64,000 nt of DNA from Bacilli bacterium (GTDB lineage: Bacteria; Bacillota_I; Bacilli_A; RFN20; CAG-826): positions 20,561 through 84,560 of the forward strand of contig JALRKT010000001.1 in NCBI GenBank assembly GCA_023268805.1, in the 5' to 3' direction. A model generated the notes under the pieces. It saw nothing but the letters and a program-made list of their open reading frames with translations. It did not search any database and was not told where the DNA came from. Made by a program: the position numbers and the translations under genes. Of the stretch, positions 59,504-64,000 are shown piece by piece; position 1 is the first letter of the stretch; each line of letters starts with the position of its first letter.

Positions 59504-62005
59504 TTATTTGACCTTCTTCTTTAATTCAATGAGATATTGCAAAGCGGCTAATGGCGATAGGGTTAACGGATCAAGTTCGCGAAGTTCTTGCTCAAACGGA
59601 GAAGGTTGCTTCATTGTAAAAGGTTCGCTAGCCCGTTGTTTTGTAGGGGCATTTTCAAAATGTTCTAAAAGTGTATGAGCTCTTTCAGTAATCGCTTGAG
59701 GTAAGCCTGCTAAGGTGGCAACATGAACCCCATAGGAACGCTCCATCGCCCCAGGTTTCATTTGGTATAAAAACGTAATTTCATGATCTTTTTCAACGAC
59801 GGAAGCATGAAGATTGGTCAGTTGCGGTCGGTCTTTTTCTAAGGCAGTGAGTTCATGATAGTGAGTGGAAAAAAGGGTTTTACATTGAATGTGGGTATCG
59901 ACGTATTCAATGATCGCCTGGGCAAGCGCCATCCCATCATAGGTGGAGGTCCCTCGACCTATTTCATCGAAAATGAGCAAGGAATGACGTGTCGCTTCTT
60001 GCAAAGCATATTGGGTTTGCGCCATTTCCATCATGAAGGTGGATTGCCCTCCCACGAGATCATCACTTGCGCCCATACGAGTAAACACATGATCAAATAA
60101 CGGCAGTTTCGCGGATTGACAAGGTACAAAACACCCTATCTGCGCCATGATTACCGTTAATGCGATTTGCCGCATAAACGTCGATTTCCCGCCCATATTG
60201 GGACCGGTAATGAGCACGGTATGGTGATCGGGATCGAGGACTAAATCATTGGCAACAAACGTTCGTTTTTTCATGACTTTTTCAATCACAGGATGACGTG
60301 ATTGTTTTAATTCAAGATGGGAAGATTTTTGTAAGGAAGGTCGGGTCCATTGATAAAGCATACTCGTGTAACTAAAACTCACCAGCACATCCATGGTTGC
60401 TAAGGTTTCTGAAAGTGTATGCCAGGAAGGAATGGAAGGAAGTAACTGTTGAATGATGTCATAAAAGAGTTGTTCTTCACGTTTCATCCGTTGATCTTGA
60501 GCATGAAGTAATTTAAGTTCAAGGGCTTTAAGTTCAGGTGTCATGAACCGTTCCCCGTTTGTCAAAGTTTGTTTTCGTTCATAACCAAATTCAGGTAATA
60601 CTTGGCTAAGTTGCCCATTACTAATTTCGATATAATAACCAAACACTTTGTTATAACTAATTTTTAAATTTTTAATGCCCGTACGTGCACGTTCTACACC
60701 TTCCATATCGAGCAATTGTTGACGCCCCCCTTGGGCGAGTTCCATCCATTCATCCAGGGTTGCATCATACCCTTTTTGGAACATAAGTCCTTCTTTTATC
60801 GTGACAGGGACTTCTTCTAAAAATGCGCGATTAAGCAAATCAACTACCGATGTTAAATCAGGGATAGCCTCTTGAAAGGAAGCAACAAGCGGTCCTTTAA
60901 GTTGTTGTAAATAGTCGCGAATGGTGGGGATCATAAGGAATGATTTTTTTAAACTTAATAAATCGCGAGCATTCGCATTTTGATATTGAATACGCGTTAA
61001 AATACGGGGAATATCATAAAGACCATGAAGCGTTTGTCGTAAGCCTTCAAGAATGAGGCGTTGATCTAATAATTGTTCAACGAGGTCATAGCGTGCCTCT
61101 ATGGTCGCCCGGTCATAGGATGGTTGAATGAGCCATTGTTTGAGTAAACGGGACCCCATGACGGTTTGTGTTTCATCCAATAACCAAAAAAGCGAGCCGT
61201 ACTTATCTTGATGTTTTAAGGATTGGGTGAGTTCAAGATGCTGAATCGTATCCGCATCTAAAGTCATCCGTGCTTGATTCGCTAATAATACCGGGGGTTT
61301 TAAGAAGGATAAGTCTCGTTTTTGTGTCCGCTTTAAATACGCGGATAAACGCATAAATGCCATCACAAAATCTTCATCAAATGGCAAGGTTGAAGGCGAT
61401 GCTTCACGGTCTTGAACACTCAATAAAATAGAGGTGTGTTCCGTTAATGTCTTCATCGTTTCATGAAGGGATGCATCGATAATGAGTTCTTTGGCATTGA
61501 TTTTTCGAAGCATCGCGAGCAATGCTTGAGCATCGAGCGGACAATGATCAAAGAAAACATCCCCTGTGACAATATCCGCATACGCAAAGGTATAGCGGTA
61601 GTCCGCCTTTTCCATCGCAACAATAAAAAGGTGTTCCCCTTCATCGCGATCAATATACGCACCCGGCGTATAAATTTGCGTCACATCGCGTTGAACCAAA
61701 CCTTTAGCAAGGGCAGGATCTTCGAGTTGTTCTACAATACCGACACGATACCCTTTTTGAATGAGGCGGGTAATATAATTTTTGGATGAATGATGCGGAA
61801 CGCCACACATGGGGACACGTGATTCACTTCCAGCATTTTTTCCAGTAAGAACCAAACCGAGTTCTCGCGATGCGGTTTCAGCATCCTGAAAGAAAAGCTC
61901 ATAAAAATCACCTAAACGAAAAAAGATTAACGTATCAGGATACCGTTCTTTGATGCTTAAATATTGCATCATCATCGGGGTATAAGGGGCGTTATTCTTT
62001 TTCAT
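59504..62005 (-). CDS. mutS: DNA mismatch repair protein MutS
   Basis: 833 aa. Mismatch-binding N-terminus and Walker A GPNMGGKST. Confidence 0.95.
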   Translation of the reverse strand: MKKNNAPYTPMMMQYLSIKERYPDTLIFFRLGDFYELFFQDAETASRELGLVLTGKNAGSESRVPMCGVPHHSSKNYITRLIQKGYRVGIVEQLEDPALAKGLVQRDVTQIYTPGAYIDRDEGEHLFIVAMEKADYRYTFAYADIVTGDVFFDHCPLDAQALLAMLRKINAKELIIDASLHETMKTLTEHTSILLSVQDREASPSTLPFDEDFVMAFMRLSAYLKRTQKRDLSFLKPPVLLANQARMTLDADTIQHLELTQSLKHQDKYGSLFWLLDETQTVMGSRLLKQWLIQPSYDRATIEARYDLVEQLLDQRLILEGLRQTLHGLYDIPRILTRIQYQNANARDLLSLKKSFLMIPTIRDYLQQLKGPLVASFQEAIPDLTSVVDLLNRAFLEEVPVTIKEGLMFQKGYDATLDEWMELAQGGRQQLLDMEGVERARTGIKNLKISYNKVFGYYIEISNGQLSQVLPEFGYERKQTLTNGERFMTPELKALELKLLHAQDQRMKREEQLFYDIIQQLLPSIPSWHTLSETLATMDVLVSFSYTSMLYQWTRPSLQKSSHLELKQSRHPVIEKVMKKRTFVANDLVLDPDHHTVLITGPNMGGKSTFMRQIALTVIMAQIGCFVPCQSAKLPLFDHVFTRMGASDDLVGGQSTFMMEMAQTQYALQEATRHSLLIFDEIGRGTSTYDGMALAQAIIEYVDTHIQCKTLFSTHYHELTALEKDRPQLTNLHASVVEKDHEITFLYQMKPGAMERSYGVHVATLAGLPQAITERAHTLLEHFENAPTKQRASEPFTMKQPSPFEQELRELDPLTLSPLAALQYLIELKKKVK

Positions 62006-62046
62006 GGTTGCCCTTATTTTATCATAATCACCACGAAGAAACGGGC

Positions 62047-62358
62047 CTATTCAATAATGGCCTGTAATTGGTCTAGTAAGGGTTTTATCTCGGCTTTAAT
62101 CGCTTCGTAATTTTGTACAAGCGGATGCGCTTCAAATAAGTCAAGGTGATGTTCATACGCCGCTTTATGGTGTTGATAAAGCGCCGCTTCATGGATGGTT
62201 TTCATCATCTTTTTTTGATGATCTTTAGCCAATTCTTGTTGTTCCATAAGATAGGGATCGGCGGCGATTTGTTCGCGTAAGGAAAAAAAGCGTTGGACTT
62301 CGGGAAGACTTAAAAGGGCATCTTTGAGTGCCTGGGTTTTACGCTCGAGCTCCGTCAT
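62047..62358 (-). CDS. ymcA: YmcA/RicA-family (YlbF/YmcA, UPF0342) protein
   Basis: 103-aa helical protein between miaB (ymcB) and mutS, matching the B. subtilis ymcB-ymcA-mutS order. Confidence 0.6.
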   Translation of the reverse strand: MTELERKTQALKDALLSLPEVQRFFSLREQIAADPYLMEQQELAKDHQKKMMKTIHEAALYQHHKAAYEHHLDLFEAHPLVQNYEAIKAEIKPLLDQLQAIIE

Positions 62359-63796
62359 CTACACGTTCTCCAAATAAGGTATACACATTGGATTCTTGAA
62401 TACGAACATAGACAATTTTTCCGGTTAACGATGCATCCCCTTTAAAGTGAACGAGCTTGGCATTTTCAGTGTACGCAGACAACATATCGTCTTTACGCTT
62501 ACTAATGCCATCCACAAGAACTGGATAGATGCCACCGACCATGACTTCTGCACGTTCTTTTGCAATCGCATCGACGACTTCTTTTAGGCGATAAAAACGA
62601 TCTTGTTTCTCTTCGAGCGTCACATTATCCATCATTTTAAAGGCAGGTGTCCCTTTTCGAGGTGAATAAATAAACGTATAACAGGCATCAAACGCAATTT
62701 CTTTCACGAGTGCAAGCGTCCCTTGAAATTGTTCTTCGGTTTCATTCGGGAAACCGACAATGATATCTGTTGTTAACGTTAAATTAGGAATTCGTTCCCG
62801 CATGCGACGGACGAGGTCTGTATAAGAAGCCACCGTGTAACGACGTGCCATGAGACGTAACACCATATCATCCCCTGCTTGGAACGGAAGATGAATATGT
62901 TTCATGATGTTGTCGTATTTAGCAATCGTATCAATCATGGCGTCGGTAAAATCCCAAGGATGTGACGTCATAAAGCGCAAGCGAGGAATGCCGGTTTCTG
63001 CAACGGCTTGTAGTAATTGTGCAAAATCGGTTCCGTCTTTAAAATCTTTCCCGTATGAGTTGACATTTTGACCGACTAAGGTAATTTCTTGATACCCTTC
63101 GTCGACAAGTTGCTTACATTCTTGAATGATATCGGGAAGATGACGGGAGCGTTCTTTCCCTCGTGTATAAGGAACGATACAGTACGTGCAAAATTTATCA
63201 CAACCATACATGATGTTGACAAACGCTTTATAACGGTGGGTACGTTTAGTCGGCATATTTTCAATGATTTCTCCATACTTGGAGGGAACATTGACAATGC
63301 GAACACGTTTTTCATACACTTCATCGAGTAATTCTAAAAGATGATGAATATTGTGGGTACCAAACATTAAATCGACGTGGCGGTAGACTTGGGTGATTTT
63401 ATCCACGATATGCGTTTGTTGAACCATACAACCCGCTACGGCAATAATCATGTCGGGTTTTTGTGTTTTCAATGTTTTCAGTAGTCCTAATTCGCCAAAG
63501 ACTTTATCCTCGGCATTTTCGCGAATCGCACACGTATTAATAATGACAAGATCGGCAAGTGATTCTTCTTGAACCGAGGTAAAGCCTGCAAGTTCAAGAT
63601 AACCGCGCATATGTTCCTCATCACGCACGTTGGCTTGGCAGCCATACGTACGAATAAAGTAACGACGCCCAAAGGCATATTCACGTAGACGTTCTGGAAC
63701 AACAATCTCATCGCGAACGACAGGAATTTCTTGCCGGACACGGGAACGTGCTTTATCTAAATCAGGTTTATCAATAATATCAATTACTTTTGCCAT
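62339..63796 (-). CDS. miaB: tRNA-2-methylthio-N6-dimethylallyladenosine synthase (radical SAM MTTase)
   Basis: UPF0004 N-domain, radical SAM CTYCIVP, TRAM C-domain. Confidence 0.93.
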   Translation of the reverse strand: MAKVIDIIDKPDLDKARSRVRQEIPVVRDEIVVPERLREYAFGRRYFIRTYGCQANVRDEEHMRGYLELAGFTSVQEESLADLVIINTCAIRENAEDKVFGELGLLKTLKTQKPDMIIAVAGCMVQQTHIVDKITQVYRHVDLMFGTHNIHHLLELLDEVYEKRVRIVNVPSKYGEIIENMPTKRTHRYKAFVNIMYGCDKFCTYCIVPYTRGKERSRHLPDIIQECKQLVDEGYQEITLVGQNVNSYGKDFKDGTDFAQLLQAVAETGIPRLRFMTSHPWDFTDAMIDTIAKYDNIMKHIHLPFQAGDDMVLRLMARRYTVASYTDLVRRMRERIPNLTLTTDIIVGFPNETEEQFQGTLALVKEIAFDACYTFIYSPRKGTPAFKMMDNVTLEEKQDRFYRLKEVVDAIAKERAEVMVGGIYPVLVDGISKRKDDMLSAYTENAKLVHFKGDASLTGKIVYVRIQESNVYTLFGERVDDGARA

Positions 63797-63799
63797 AAT

Positions 63800-64000
63800 T
63801 TACCTCCATTTTAACACACGGGATACACGCTGAATGCGTTCGACTTGATGGTGGTCATTCACGGTAAGAATAACCCCGTTGAGAATCGCATCTTCCCCTA
63901 AATCAATCGCATGGACAACTTTTTCTTGTTTCCACAATCGTTGAATAATAATTTCTTTTTTGACCCCTAAGACACTTTGATACGGTCCGCACATTCCAAC
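63800..64000 (-). CDS. ymdB: YmdB-family metallophosphoesterase (2',3'-cyclic-nucleotide 2'-phosphodiesterase), C-terminal fragment
   Basis: C-terminus GMCGPYQSVLGVKKEIIIQRL...VERIQRV aligns with the B. subtilis YmdB C-terminus. Frame is open to the window end. Confidence 0.6.
   Translation of the reverse strand, partial: VGMCGPYQSVLGVKKEIIIQRLWKQEKVVHAIDLGEDAILNGVILTVNDHHQVERIQRVSRVLKWR

Overview
The window is a gene-dense chromosomal core region of a low-GC Firmicute-like genome (Bacilli/Erysipelotrichia-like; standard genetic code, ~90% coding). There are no transposases, integrases, CRISPR arrays or phage genes. The content is housekeeping, with local gene order matching the Bacillus subtilis yjb, ylb and ymc neighbourhoods: glycolysis (eno, gpmI, pgi, fba), tRNA synthetases (proS, trpS, argS, gltX), metK and hpf, def, rnj, nadK, spx, coaD, rsmD, ychF, a csp gene, rpoE, miaA, miaB, mutS and mutL. 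Eight tRNA genes are present: three dispersed tRNA-Ser genes, one tRNA-Leu, and a Val-Tyr-Gln-Lys-Leu cluster. The most unusual content is: (1) a translationally coupled pair encoding a tandem-GNAT-like acyltransferase and a PlsC-family acyltransferase with a zinc-ribbon extension, a candidate acylated-amino-acid lipid pathway; (2) two adjacent MacB/FtsX-type fused ABC transporter genes with very large His/Trp/Tyr-rich extracytoplasmic domains; (3) a ~1000-aa surface lipoprotein with two duplicated OB-fold modules, Ig-like (Big_2-type) repeats and a C-terminal lamin-tail domain; (4) a structured metK leader with alternative antiterminator and terminator hairpins, probably a divergent SAM riboswitch; (5) a HAD-IB phosphatase plus IspD/TarI-like cytidylyltransferase pair. 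Several caller ORF starts look too long because a GGAGG Shine-Dalgarno lies inside the called ORF.
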